NCBI GenBank assembly: GCA_964016885.1
Contig: OZ024741.1
Location: 410,502,001 to 410,566,000 of the forward strand
DNA length: 64,000 bases
DNA from: Eledone cirrhosa
Taxonomy: Eukaryota
Direction of reading: 5' to 3'
The notes under the pieces are model-generated. The model was not told where the DNA came from. It did not search any database and was given only the letters and a program-made list of their open reading frames with translations. Positions 40,401 through 55,400 of the stretch are shown here, in pieces (positions within the stretch are counted from its first letter, which is position 1; every line of letters begins with the position of its first letter). Made by a program: the position numbers and the translations under genes.

Positions 40401-43400
40401 AACCTCCACCTTTTCTAATTAAATCACCAGCAACAACTGTCACTAAGCAACCTCCACCTTTACTAATTAAATCACCAGCAACTACCGTCTCTGAGGAGCC
40501 TCTAGATTTGTGTAAATTAAATCACCAGCCCCTACTGTCTCTAAGCAACCTATCCTTCTGTAAATTAAATCACCAGCAACTACTGTCTCTGAGGAGCCTC
40601 TATTTCTGTAAATTAAATCACCAGCAACTACTTTCTCTGAGCAACCTCCACCTCTACTAATTAAATCACCAGCAACTACCGTGTATGAGCAAACTCTACT
40701 TCTGTAAATTAAATCACCAGCAACTACTGTCTCTAAGCAAACTACACCTCTTCTAACGAAATTACCAGCAACTACTGTCTTTGAGCAACCTCTACTTCTG
40801 TGAATTAATTCACCAGCAACTACTGTCTCTGAGCAACCTCCACCTGTACTAATTAAATCACCAGCAACTACCGTCTCTGGGCAACCGCTACTTCTGTAAA
40901 TTAAATCACCAGCAACTACTGTCTCTAAGCAAACTACACTTCTTCTAACGAAATAACCAGCAAGTAATGTCTTTGAGCAACCTCTACTTCTGTGAATTAA
41001 ATCTCCAGCAACTACTGCCTTTGAGCAACCTCTACTTCTGTAAATTAAATCACCAGGAAATAGTCTCTGAAAAGCCTCTACTTCTGTAAATTAAATCACC
41101 AGCAACTACTGTCTCTAAGCAACCTCCAAGTCTACTAATTAAATCACCAGCAACTACTGTCTCTGACCAACCTCTACTTCTGTAAATTAAATCACCAGTA
41201 ACTACTGTCTCTAAGCAAACTCCACCTCTACTAATTAAATCACCAGCAACTATTTCCTCTAAGCAACCTCCACCTTTTCTAACTAAATCACCAGCAACCA
41301 CTGTCACTAAGCAAGCCCACCTTTACTAATTAAATTACCAGCAAATACTGTCTCTAAGCAACCCCCACCTTTACTAATTAAATCACCAGCAACTACTGTC
41401 TCTAAGCAACCTCCACCTCTACTAATTAAAATCACCAGCAACTACTGTCTCTGAGCACCCTCCACCTCTACTAATTAAATCACCAGCAACTACTGTCTCT
41501 GAGCAACCTACACCTCTTCTAACGAAATCACCAGCAACTACTGTCTTTGAGCAACCTCTACTTCTGTAAATTAAATCACCAGCAACTACCGTCTCTGGGC
41601 AACCGCTACTTCTGTAAATTAAATCACCAGCTACTACTGTCTCTAAGCAAACTACGCTTCTTCTAACGAAATCACCAGCAAGTACTGTCTTTGAGCAACC
41701 TCTACTTCTGTGAATTAGATCACCAGCAACTACTGCCTTTGAGCAACCTCTACTTCTGTGAATTAAATCACCAGGAAATAGTCTCTGACGAGCCTCTACT
41801 TCTGTAAATTAAATCACCAGCAACTACTGTCTCTGACCAACCTCCTACTCTACTAATTAAATCACCAGTAACTACTGTCTCTAAGCAACCTCCACCTCTA
41901 CTAATTAAATCACTAGCAACTACTTCATCTAAGCAACCTCCACCTTTTCTAATTAAATCACCATCAACCACTGTCACTAAGCAGCCCCCACCTTTACTAA
42001 TTAAATCACCAGCAACTACTGTCTCTAAGCAACCCCCACCTTTACTAATTAAATCACCAGTAACTACTGTCTCTAAGCAACCTCCACCTCTACTAATTAA
42101 ATCACCAGCAACTACTTCCTCTAAGCAACCTCCACCTTTTCTAACTAAATCACCAGCAACCACTGTCACTAAGCAACCCCCATCTTTACTAATTAAATCA
42201 CCAGCAACTACTGTCTCTAAGCAACCTCCACCTCTACTAATTAAAATCACCAGCAACTACTGTCTCTGAGCACCCTCTACCTCTACTAATTAAATCACCA
42301 GCAACTACTGTCTCTGAGCAACCTACATCTCTTCTAACGAAATCACCAGCAACTAGTGCCTCTCTGCAACCACCACGTCTTCAAATTAAATCACCAGCAA
42401 CTACTGTCACTAAGCAAACTCCACTTCTTATAATTAAATCACCAGCAACTACTGTCTAGGAGGAGCCTCTATTTGTGTAAATTAAATCACCAGCAACTAC
42501 TGTCTCTAAGCAACCTCCAACTCTACTAATTGAATCACCAGCAACTACTGTCTCTAAGCAACCTCCACCTTTTCTAATTAAATCACCAGCAACCTCTGTC
42601 TCTAAGCAACCTCCACCTCTACTAATTAAATCACCAGCAACTACTGTCTCTGAGGAGCCTCTACTTGTGTAAATTAAATCACCAGCACCTACTGTCTCTA
42701 AGCAACCTATCCTTCTGTAAATTAAATCACCAGCAACTACTGTCTCTGAGGAGCCTCTATTTCTGTAAATTAAATCACCAGCAACTAGTGTCTCTCAGCA
42801 ACCTCCACGTCTTCAAATTAAATCACCAGCAACTACTGTCTCTAAGCAACCTCCACTTCTTATAATTAAATTACCAGCAACTACTGTCTCTGACCAACCT
42901 CTACTTCTGTAAATTAAATCACTAGCAACTACTGTCTCTGAGCAACCTCTACTTCTGTAAATTGAAACACCAGCAACTACTGTCTAGGATGAGCCTCTAT
43001 TTGTGTAAATAAAATCACCAGTAACTACTGTCTCTAAGCAACCTCCACCTCTACTTATTAAATCACCAGCAACTACTTCCTCTAAGCAACCTCCACCTTT
43101 TCTAATTAAATCACCAGCAACGACTGTCACTAAGCAACCCCCACCTTTACTAATTAAATTACCAGCAACTACTGTCTCTAAGCAACCCCCACCTTTACTA
43201 ATTAAATCACCAGCAACTACTGTCTCTAAGCAACCTCCACCTCTACTAATTAAAATCACCAGCAACTACTATCTCTGAGCACCCTCCACCTCTACTAATT
43301 AAATCACCAGCAACTACTGTCTCTGAGCAACCTACACCTCTTCTAAAGAAATCACCAGCAAATACTGTCTTTGAGCAACCTCTACTTGTGTAAATTAAAT

Positions 43401-46400
43401 CACCAGCAACTAGTGTCTCTCAGCAACCACCACGTCTTCAAATTAAATCACCAGCAACTACTGTCTCTAAGCAACCTCCACTTCTTATAATTAAATCACC
43501 AGCAACTACTGTCTGGGAGGAGCCTCTATTTGTGTAAATTAAATCACCAGTAAATACTGTCTCTAAGCAACCTCCACCTTTTCTAATTAAATCACCAGCA
43601 ACCACTGTCACTAAGCAACCTCCACCTTTACTAATTAAATCACCAGCAACTACTGTCTCTAAGCAACCTATCCTTCTGTAAAGTAAATCACCAGCAACTA
43701 CTGTCTCTGAGTAGCCTCTATTTCTGTAAATTAAATCACCCGCAACTACTGTCTCTAGGCAACCACCACCTCTACTAATTAAATCACCAGCAACTACTGT
43801 CTCTAAGCAACCTCCACCTCTACTAATTAAATCACCAGCAACTACTGTCTCTGAGGAGCCTCTATTTCTGTAAATTAAATCACCAGCAACTACTGTCTCT
43901 AAGCAACCTCCACCTCTACTAATTAAATCACCAGCAACTACTGTCTCGAAGCAACCTCTACTTCTGTAAATTAAATCACCAGCAACTACTGTCTCTGAGC
44001 ATTCTCCACCACTTATAATTAAATCACCAGTAACTACTGTCTCTGAGCAACCTCCATCTCTTCTAATTAAATCACCAGCAAATACTGTCTCTGAGGAGCC
44101 TCTACTTCCGTAAATTAAATCACCAGCAACTACTGTCTCTGAGCAACCTCCACCTCTACTAATTAAATCACCAGCAACTACCGTCTCTGAGCAACCTCTA
44201 CTTCTGTAAATTTATTTACCAGCAATTACTGTCTCTGACCAACCTATACTTCTGTAAATTAAGTCACCAGCAACTACTGTCTCTAAGCAACCTCTACTTC
44301 TGTGAATTAAATCACCAGCAACTACTGCCTCTGAGCAACCTCTACTTCTGTAAATTAAATCACCAGCAACTAGTCTTTCAGGAGCCTCTACTTCTGTAAA
44401 TTAAATCACCAGCAACTAATGTCTGTGAGCAACCTCTACTTCTATAAATTAAATCGCCAGCAACTACTGTCTCTAAGAAACCTCCACCTCTTATAATTAA
44501 GTCACCAGCAACTACTGTCTCTAAGCAACTTCTACTTCTGTAAATTAAAGCACCAGCAACTACTGTCTCTGAGCAACCTCTACTTCTGTAAATTAAATCA
44601 CCAGCAACTACTGTCTCTAAGCAGCCTCCACGTCTTCAAATTAAATCACCAGCAACTACTGTCTCTAAGCAACATCCAGCTCTTATAATTAAATCACCAT
44701 CAATTACTGTTTCTGACCAACCTCTACTTCTGGAAATTAAATCACCAGCAACTACTGTCTCTGAGGAGCCACTATTTCTGTAAATTAAATCACCAGCAAC
44801 TACTGTCTCTAAGCAACCTCCAACTCTACTAATGAAATCACCAGCAACTAGTCTGTGAGGAGCCTCTATTTCTGTAAATTAAATCACCAGCAACTACTGT
44901 TTCTAATCAACCTCCACGTCTTCAAATTAAATCACCAGCAACTGCTGTCTCTAAGCAACCTCCACCTCTTCTAAATAAATCAGCATCAACTACTGTCTCT
45001 GAGCAACCTCTACTTCTAAAAATTATATCACCAGCAACTACCGTCTCTGAGGAGCGTCTACTTCTGTAAATTAAATCACCGGCAACTACTGTCTCTAAGC
45101 AACCTATCCTTCTGTAAATTAAATCACCAGCAACTACTGTCTCTAAGCAACCTCTACTTCTGTAAATTAAATCACCAGCAAGTACTGTCTCTGAGCAACC
45201 TCTACTTCTGTAAATTAAATCACCAGCAACTACTGTCTCTGAGGAGCCTCTTTTTCTGTACATTAAATCAGCATCAACTACAGTCTCTAAGCAACATCCA
45301 CCTCTTCTAATTAAAATCACCAGCAACTACTGTCTCTGAGCAACCTCCACCTCTACTAATTAAATCACCAGCAACTACTGTCTCTGAGGAATCTCTACTT
45401 CTGTAAATTAAATCACCAGCAACTACTGTCTCTGAGCAACCTCTACTTCTATAAATTAAATCACCAGCAACTACTGCCTCTGCGCAACCTCTACTTCTGT
45501 AAATTAAATCACCAGCAACTAGTCTGTGAGGAGCCTCTACTTCTGTAAATTAAATCACCAGCAACTACTGTCTCTAAGCAACCTCCACCTCTACTAATTA
45601 AATCACCAGCAACTACTGTCTCTGAGCAACCTCTATTTCTGTAAATTAAATCACCAGCAACTACTGTCTCTAAGCAACCTCCACCTTTACTAATTAAATC
45701 ACCAGCAACTACTGTCTCTAAGCAACCCCCAACTTTACTAATTAAATCACCAGCATCTACTGTCTCTGTGCAATATCCACCTCTTCTAATTAAATCACCA
45801 GTAACTACTGTCTCTGAGCAACCTCCACCTCTTCTAATTAAATCACCAGCAACTACTGTCTCTGAGGAGCCTCTACTTCTTTAAATTAAATAACCAGCAA
45901 CTACTGTCTCTGAGCAACCTCCACCACTACTAATTAAATCACCAGCAACTACCGTCTCTGAGCAACCTCTACTTCTGTAAATTAAATCACCAGCAACTAC
46001 TGATTCTGAGGAGCCTCTATTTCTGTAAATTAAATCACCATCAACTACTGTCTCTAAGCAACATCCACCTCTACTAATTAAATCACCAGCAACTACTGTC
46101 TCTGAGCAACCTCTATTTCTGTAAATTAAATCACCAGCAACTACTGTCTCTAAGCAACCTCCACCTTTACTAATTAAATCACCAGCAACCACTGTCTCTA
46201 AGCAAGCTCCCTCCTTTACTATTTAAATCACCAGCAACTACCGTCTCTGAGCAACCTCTACTTCTGTAAATTAAATCACCAGCAACTACTGTCTCTAAGT
46301 AACCTCTACTTCTGTAAATTAAATCACCAGCAACTACTGTCTCTGAGCAACCTCTACTTCTGTAAATTAAATCACCAGCAACTACTGATTCTGAGGAGCC

Positions 46401-47126
46401 TCTATTTCTGTAAATTAAATAACCATCAACTACTGTCTCTAAGCAACCTCCACCTCTACTAATTAAATCACCAGCAACTACTGCCTAGAAGCAACCTCTA
46501 CTTATGTAAATTAAATCACCAGCAACTACTGTCTCTGAGGAGCCTTTATTTCTGTAAATTAAATCACCAGCAACTACTGTCTCTAAGCAAACTACACCTC
46601 TTCTAACGAAATCACCAGCAACTACTGTCTTTGAGCAATCTCTACTTCTGTAAATTAAATTACCAGCAACTACTGTCTCTGAGCAACCTATACTTCTGTA
46701 AATCAAATCACCAGCAACTACTGCCTTTAAGCAACCTCTACTTCTGTAAATTAAATCACCAGCAACTAGTCTCTGAGGAGCCTCTACTTCTGTAAATTAA
46801 ATCAGCAGCAACTACTGTCTCTAAGCAACCTCCAACTCTACTAATTAAATCACCAGCAACTACTGTCTCTAAGCAACCTCCACGTCTTCAAATTAAATCA
46901 CCAGCAACTACTGTCTCTAAGACACCTCCACCTCTTCTAATTAAATCACCAGCAACTTCTGTCTCTGAGCAACCTCTACTTCTGTAAATTAAATCACCAG
47001 CAACTACTGTCTCTGAGGAGCCTCTACTTGTGTAAATTAAATCACCGGCAACTACTGTCTCTAAGCAACCTATCCTTCTGTAAATAATTAAATCACCAGC
47101 AACTACTGTCTCTGAGCAACCTCTAC

Positions 47127-49075
47127 TTCTGTAAATTAAATCACCAGCAACTACTGTCTCTGAGCAACGTCTACTTCTGTAAATTAAATCACCAGCAACT
47201 ACTGTCTCTGTGCAACCTCTATTTCTGTAAATTAAATCACCAGCAACTACTGTCTCTAAGCAACCTCCAACTCTACTAATGAAATCACCAGCAACTAGTC
47301 TGTGAGGAGCCTCTATTTCTGTAAATTAAATCACCAGCAACTACTGTTTCTAATCAACCTCCACGTCTTCAAATTAAATCACCAGCAACTGCTGTCTCTA
47401 AGCAACCTCCACCTCTTCTAAATAAATCAGCATCAACTACTGTCTCTGAGCAACCTCTACTTCTAAAAATTATATCACCAGCAACTACCGTCTCTGAGGA
47501 GCCTCTACTTCTGTAAATTAAATCACCGGCAACTACTGTCTCTAAGCAACCTATCCTTCTGTAAATTAAATCACCAGCAACTACTGTCTCTAAGCAACCT
47601 CTACTTCTGTAAATTAAATCACCAGCAAGTACTGTCTCTGAGCAACCTCTACTTCTGTAAATTAAATCACCAGCAACTACTGTCTCTGAGGAGCCTCTTT
47701 TTCTGTACATTAAATCAGCATCAACTACAGTCTCTAAGCAACATCCACCTCTTCTAATTAAAATCACCAGCAACTACTGTCTCTGAGCAACCTCCACCTC
47801 TACTAATTAAATCACCAGCAACTACTGTCTCTGAGGAATCTCTACTTCTGTAAATTAAATCACCAGCAACTACTGTCTCTGAGCAACCTCTACTTCTATA
47901 AATTAAATCACCAGCAACTACTGCCTCTGCGCAACCTCTACTTCTGTAAATTAAATCACCAGCAACTAGTCTGTGAGGAGCCTCTACTTCTGTAAATTAA
48001 ATCACCAGCAACTACTGTCTCTAAGCAACCTCCACCTCTACTAATTAAATCACCAGCAACTACTGTCTCTGAGCAACCTCTATTTCTGTAAATTAAATCA
48101 CCAGCAACTACTGTCTCTGAGCAACGTCTACTTCTGTAAATTAAATCACCAGCAACTACTGTCTCTGTGCAACCTCTATTTCTGTAAATTAAATCACCAG
48201 CAACTACTGTCTCTAAGCAACCTCCAACTCTACTAATGAAATCACCAGCAACTAGTCTGTGAGGAGCCTCTATTTCTGTAAATTAAATCACCAGCAACTA
48301 CTGTTTCTAATCAACCTCCACGTCTTCAAATTAAATCACCAGCAACTGCTGTCTCTAAGCAACCTCCACCTCTTCTAAATAAATCAGCATCAACTACTGT
48401 CTCTGAGCAACCTCTACTTCTAAAAATTATATCACCAGCAACTACCGTCTCTGAGGAGCCTCTACTTCTGTAAATTAAATCACCGGCAACTACTGTCTCT
48501 AAGCAACCTATCCTTCTGTAAATTAAATCACCAGCAACTACTGTCTCTAAGCAACCTCTACTTCTGTAAATTAAATCACCAGCAAGTACTGTCTCTGAGC
48601 AACCTCTACTTCTGTAAATTAAATCACCAGCAACTACTGTCTCTGAGGAGCCTCTTTTTCTGTACATTAAATCAGCATCAACTACAGTCTCTAAGCAACA
48701 TCCACCTCTTCTAATTAAAATCACCAGCAACTACTGTCTCTGAGCAACCTCCACCTCTACTAATTAAATCACCAGCAACTACTGTCTCTGAGGAATCTCT
48801 ACTTCTGTAAATTAAATCACCAGCAACTACTGTCTCTGAGCAACCTCTACTTCTATAAATTAAATCACCAGCAACTACTGCCTCTGCGCAACCTCTACTT
48901 CTGTAAATTAAATCACCAGCAACTAGTCTGTGAGGAGCCTCTACTTCTGTAAATTAAATCACCAGCAACTACTGTCTCTAAGCAACCTCCACCTCTACTA
49001 ATTAAATCACCAGCAACTACTGTCTCTGAGCAACCTCTATTTCTGTAAATTAAATCACCAGCAACTACTGTCTCT
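47127..49075 (+). repeat. 20-monomer higher-order repeat (957 bp) x2, with a further partial copy at ~44.8-45.7 kb
   Basis: Identical 134-aa ORFs at 47369/48326 and a near-identical one at 44922 (offset 2447). TGAGCAACGTCT at 47161/48118. Private variants TGTACATTAAATCAGCATC and TTCTAAAAATTATATC. Confidence 0.95.
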
Positions 49076-49339
49076 AAGCAACCTCCACCTTTACTAATTA
49101 TATCACCAGCAACTACCGTCTCTGAGGAGCCTCTACTTCTGTAAATTAAATCACCAGCAACTAGTCTCTGAGGAGCCTCTACTTCTGTAAATTAAATCAG
49201 CAGCAACTACTGTCTCTAAGCAACCTCCAACTCTACTAATTAAATCACCAGCAACTACTGTCTCTAAGCAACCTCCACGTCTTCAAATTAAATCACCAGC
49301 AACTACTGTCTCTAAGACACCTCCACCTCTTCTAATTAA

Positions 49340-50130
49340 ATCACCAGCAACTTCTGTCTCTGAGCAACCTCTACTTCTGTAAATTAAATCACCAGCAACT
49401 ACTGTCTCTGAGGAGCCTCTACTTCTGTAAATTAAATCACCGGCAACTACTGTCTCTAAGCAACCTATCCTTCTGTAAATAATTAAATCACCAGCAACTA
49501 CTGTCTCTGAGCAACCTCAACTTCTGTAAATTAAATCACCAGCAACTACTGTCTCTGAGCAACGTCTACTTCTGTAAATTAAATCACCAGCAACTACTGT
49601 CTCTGTGCAACCTCTATTTCTGTAAATTAAATCACCAGCAACTACTGTCTCTAAGCAACCTCCACCTTCACTAATTAAATCACCAGCAACTACTGTCTCT
49701 AAGCAACCTCCACCTTTACTAATTAAATCACCAGCAACTACTGTCTCTGAGCAACCTCTACTTCTGTAAATTAAATCACCAGCAACTACTGTCTCTGAGG
49801 AGCCTCTACTTCTGTAAATTAAATCACCGGCAACTACTGTCTCTAAGCAACCTATCCTTCTGTAAATAATAAAATCACCAGCAACTACTGTCTCTGAGCA
49901 ACCTCTACTTCTGTAAATTAAATCACCAGCAACTACTGTCTCTGAGCAACGTCTACTTCTGTAAATTAAATCACCAGCAACTACTGTCTCTGTGCAACCT
50001 CTATTTCTGTAAATTAAATCACCAGCAACTACTGTCTCTAAGCAACCTCCACCTTCACTAATTAAATCACCAGCAATTACTGTCTCTAAGCAACCTCCAC
50101 CTTTACTAATTAAATCACCAGCAACTACTG
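49340..50130 (+). repeat. 8-monomer duplication (387 bp = 8x48+3)
   Basis: CGGCAACTAC...CCTATCCTTCTGTAAATAAT at 49441/49828, each followed by the same variant order (CAACGTCT, GTGCAACC, CCTTCACT). Confidence 0.85.
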
Positions 50131-52459
50131 TCTCTAAGCAACCTCCACCTTTTCTAATTAAATCACCAGCAACTACTGTCTCTGAGCAACCTCTATTTCT
50201 GTAAATTAAATCACCAGCATCTACTCTCTCTGTGCAATCTCCACCTCTTCTAATTAAATCACCAGCATCTACTGTCTCTGTGCAATATCCACCACTTCTA
50301 ATTAAATCTCCAGCAACTACTGTCTGTATGCAACCCCCACCTTTACTAATTAAATCACCAGCAACTACTGTCTCTGTGCAATCTCCACCTCTTCTAATTA
50401 AATCACCAGTAACTACTGTCTCTGAGCAACCTCCACCTCTTCTAATTAAATCACCAGCAACTACTGTCTCTGAGGAGCCTCTACTTCTTTAAATTAAATC
50501 ACCAGCAACTACTGTCTCTGAGCAACCTCCACCTCTACTAATTAAATCACCAGCAACTACCGTCTCTGAGCAACCTCTACTTCTGTAATTTAAATCACCA
50601 GCAAATACTGTCTCTAAGCAAACTACACCTCTTCTAACGAAATCACCAGCAACTACTGTCTTTGAGCAACCTCTACTTCTGTAAATTAAATTACCAGCAA
50701 CTACTGTCTCTGAGCAACCTATACTTCTGTAAATTAAATCACCAGCAACTATTGTCTCTAAGCAACCTCTACTTCTGTCAATTAAATCACCAGCAACTAC
50801 TGCCTCTGACCAACCTCTACTTCTGTAAATTAAATCACCAGCATCTAGTCTCTGAGGAGCCTCTAATTCTGTAAATTAAATCACCAGCAACTACTGTCCC
50901 TAAGCAACCTCCAACTCTACTAATTAAATCACCAGCAACTCCTGTCTCTGAGCAACCTCCACCTCTACTAATTAAATCACCAACAACTACTGTCTCTCAG
51001 CAACCTCTACTTCTGTAAATTAAATCAATGCAACTACTGTCTATAAGCAACCTACACCATTTCTAATTAAATCACCAGCAACTACTGTCTTTGACCAACC
51101 TCTACTTCTGTAAATTAAATTACCAGCAACTACTCTCTCTGAGCAAACTCTACTTCTGTAAATTAAATCACCAGCAACTACTGTCTCTGAGGAGCCACTA
51201 TTTCTGTAAATTAAATCACCAGCAACTACTGTCTCTGAGGAGCCTTTATTTCTGTAAATTAAATCACCAGCAACTACTGTCTCTAAGCAACCTCCACCTC
51301 TACTAATTAAATCACCAGCAACTACTGTCTCTAAGCAAACTACACCTCTTCTAACGAAATCACCAGCAACTACTGTCTTTGAGCAATCTCTACTTCTGTA
51401 AATTAAATTAACAGCAACTACTGTCTCTGAGCAACCTATACTTCTGTAAATCAAATCACCAGCAACTACTGCCTTTAAGCAACCTCTACTTCTGTAAATT
51501 AAATCACCAGCAACTAGTCTCTGAGGAGCCTCTACTTCTGTAAATTAAATCACCAGCAACTACTGTCTCTAAGCAACCTCCACGTCTTCAAATTAAATCA
51601 CCAGCAACTACTGTCTCTAAGACACCTCCACCTCTTCTAATTAAATCACCAGCAACTACTGTCTCTGAGCAACCTCTACTTCTGTAAATTAAATCACCAG
51701 CAACTACTGTCTCTGAGGAGCCTCTACTTCTGTAAATTAAATCACCGGCAACTACTGTCTCTAAGCAACCTATCCTTCTGTAAATAATTAAATCACCAGC
51801 AACTACTGTCTCTGAGCAACCTCTACTTCTGTAAATTAAATCACCAGCAACTACTGTCTCTGAGCAACGTCTACTTCTGTAAATTAAATCACCAGCAACT
51901 ACTGTCTCTGTGCAATCTCTATTTCTGTAAATTAAATCACCAGCAACTACTGTCTCTAAGCAACCTCCACCTTCACTAATTAAATCACCAGCAACTACTG
52001 TCTCTAAGCAACCTCCACCTTTACTAATTAAATCTCCAGCAACTACTGTCTGTAAGCAACCCCCACCTTTACTAATTAAATCACCAGCAACTACTGTCTC
52101 TGTGCAATCTCCACCTCTTCAAATTAAATCACCAGCAACTACTGTCTCTGAGCAACCTCCACCTCTACTAATTAAATCACCAGCAACTACCGTCTCTGAG
52201 CAACCTCTACTTCTGTAAATTAAATCACCATCCACTACTGTCTCTGAGCAACATCTACTTCTGTAAATTAAATCACCAGCAACTACTGTCTCCGAGGAGC
52301 CTCTATTTCTGTAAATGAAATCACCAACAACTACTGTCTCTGAGCAACCTACACCTCTTCTAATTAAATCACCAGCAACTACTGTCTTTCACCAACCTCT
52401 ACTTCTGTAAATTAAATCACCATCAACTACTGTCTCTGAGCAACCTCTACTTCTGTAAA

Positions 52460-55400
52460 TTAAATCACCAGCAACTACTGTCTCTGAGCAACATCTACTT
52501 CTGTAAATTAAATCACCAGCAACTACTGTCTCTGAGGAGCCTCTATTTCTGTAAATTAAATCACCATCAACTACTGTCTCTAAGCAACCTCCACCTCTAC
52601 TAATTAAATCACCAGCAACTACTGTCTCTGAGCAACCTCTACTTCTGTAAATTAAATCACCAGCAACTACTGTCTCTAAGAAACCCCCAACTTTACTAAT
52701 TAAATCACCAGTAACTACTGTCTCTGAGCAACCTCCACCTCTTCTAAGTAAATCACCAGCAACTACTGTCTCTGAGGAGCCTCTACTTCTTTAAATTAAA
52801 TCACCAGCAACTACTGTCTCTAAGCAACCTCCAACTCTACTAATTAAATCACCAGCAACTACTGTCTCTAAGCAACCTCCACGTCTTCAAATTAAATCAC
52901 CAGCAACTACTGTCTCTAAGACACCTCCACCTCTTCTAATTAAATCAGCATCAACTACTGTCTTTGAGCAACCTCTACTTCTGTAAATTAAATCACCAGC
53001 AACTACTGTCTCTGAGGAGCCTCTACTTCTGTAAATTAAATCACCGGCAACTACTGTCTCCAAGCAACCTATCCTTCTGTAAATAATTAAATCACCAGCA
53101 ACTACTGTCTCTGAGCAACCTCTACTTCTGTAAATTAAATCACCAGCAACTACTGTCTCTGAGCAACCTCTATTTCTGTAAATTAAATCACCAGCAACTA
53201 CTGTCTCTAAGCAACCTCCACCTTTACTAATTAAATCACAAGCAACTACTGTCTCTAAGCAACCTCCACCTTTACTAATTAAATCACCAGCAACTACTGT
53301 CTCTGAGCAACCTCTATTTCTGTAAATTAAATCACCAGCAACTACTGTCTCTAAGCAACCTCCATCTTTACTAATTAATTCACCAGCAACTACTGTCTCT
53401 GAGCAACCTCTATTTCTGTAAATTAAATCACCAGCATCTACTGTCTCTGTTCAATCTCCACCTCTTCTAATTAAATCACCAGCATCTACTGTCTCTGTGC
53501 AATCTCCACCTCTTCTAATTAAATCACCAGCATCTACTGTCTCTGTGCAATCTCCACCACTTCTAATTAAATTACCAGCAACCACTGTCTCTAAGCAAGC
53601 CCCCTCCTTTACTAATTAAATCACCAGCAACTACTGTCTCTAAGCAACCTCCATCTTTACTAATTAATTCACCAGCAACTACTGTCTCTGAGCAACCTCT
53701 ATTTCTGTAAATTAAATCACCAGCATCTACTGTCTCTGTGCAATCTCCACCTCTTCTAATTAAATCACCAGTAACTACTGTCTCTGAGCAACCTCCACCT
53801 ATTCTAATTAAATCACCAGCAACTACTGTCTCTGAGGAGCCTCTACTTCTTTAAATTAAATCACCAGCAACTACTGTCTCTGAGCAACCTCCACCTCTAC
53901 TAGTTAAATCACCAGCAACTACCGTCTCTGAGCAACCTCTACTTCTGTAAATTAAATCACCATCCACTACTGTCTCTGAGCAACATCTACTTCTGTAAAT
54001 TAAATCACCAGCAACTACTGTCTCTGAGCAACATCTACTTCTGTAAATTAAATCACCAGCAACTACTGTCTCTGAGGAGCCTCTATTTCTGTAAATTAAA
54101 TCACCATCAACTACTGTCTCTAAGCAACCTCCACCTCTACTAATTAAATCACCAGCAACTACTGTCTCTGAGCAACCTCTACTTCTGTAAATTAAATCAC
54201 CAGCAACTACTGTCTCTAAGAAACCCCCAACTTTACTAATTAAATCACCAGTAACTACTGTCTCTGAGCAACCTCCACCTCTTCTAAGTAAATCACCAGC
54301 AACTACTGTCTCTGAGGAGCCTCTACTTCTTTAAATTAAATCACCAGCAACTACTGTCTCTAAGCAACCTCCAACTCTACTAATTAAATCACCAGCAACT
54401 ACTGTCTCTAAGCAACCTCCACGTCTTCAAATTAAATCACCAGCAACTACTGTCTCTAAGACACCTCCACCTCTTCTAATTAAATCAGCATCAACTACTG
54501 TCTTTGAGCAACCTCTACTTCTGTAAATTAAATGACCAGCAACTACTGTCTCTGAGGAGCCTCTACTTCTGTAAATTAAATCACCGGCAACTACTGTCTC
54601 CAAGCAACCTATCCTTCTGTAAATAATTAAATCACCAGCAACTACTGTCTCTGAGCAACCTCTACTTCTGTAAATTAAATCACCAGCAACTACTGTCTCT
54701 GAGCAACCTCTATTTCTGTAAATTAAATCACCAGCAACTACTGTCTCTAAGCAACCTCCACCTTTACTAATTAAATCACAAGCAACTACTGTCTCTAAGC
54801 AACCTCCACCTTTACTAATTAAATCACCAGCAACTACTGTCTCTGAGCAACCTCTATTTCTGTAAATTAAATCACCAGCAACTACTGTCTCTAAGCAACC
54901 TCCATCTTTACTAATTAATTCACCAGCAACTACTGTCTCTGAGCAACCTCTATTTCTGTAAATTAAATCACCAGCATCTACTGTCTCTGTGCAATCTCCA
55001 CCTCTTCTAATTAAATCACCAGCATCTACTGTCTCTGTGCAATCTCCACCTCTTCTAATTAAATCACCAGCATCTACTGTCTCTGTGCAATCTCCACCAC
55101 TTCTAATTAAATCACCAGCAACCACTGTCTCTAAGCAAGCCCCCTCCTTTACTAATTAAATCACCAGCAACTACTGTCTCTAAGCAACCTCCATCTTTAC
55201 TAATTAATTCACCAGCAACTACTGTCTCTGAGCAACCTCTATTTCTGTAAATTAAATCACCAGCATCTACTGTCTCTGTGCAATCTCCACCTCTTCTAAT
55301 TAAATCACCAGTAACTACTGTCTCTGAGCAACCTCCACCTCTTCTAATTAAATCACCAGCAACTACTGTCTCTGAGGAGCCTCTACTTCTTTAAATTAAA

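Noticed and set aside
50232-50492. Mucin-like P/T/S-rich frame (LIKSPATTVSEQPPPL); the MUC4 VNTR also has a 48-bp unit
   Set aside because: Each B/C-type monomer gives CTG TAA in this frame, so it is closed every few repeats. The peptide does not resemble the MUC4 repeat as I recall it.
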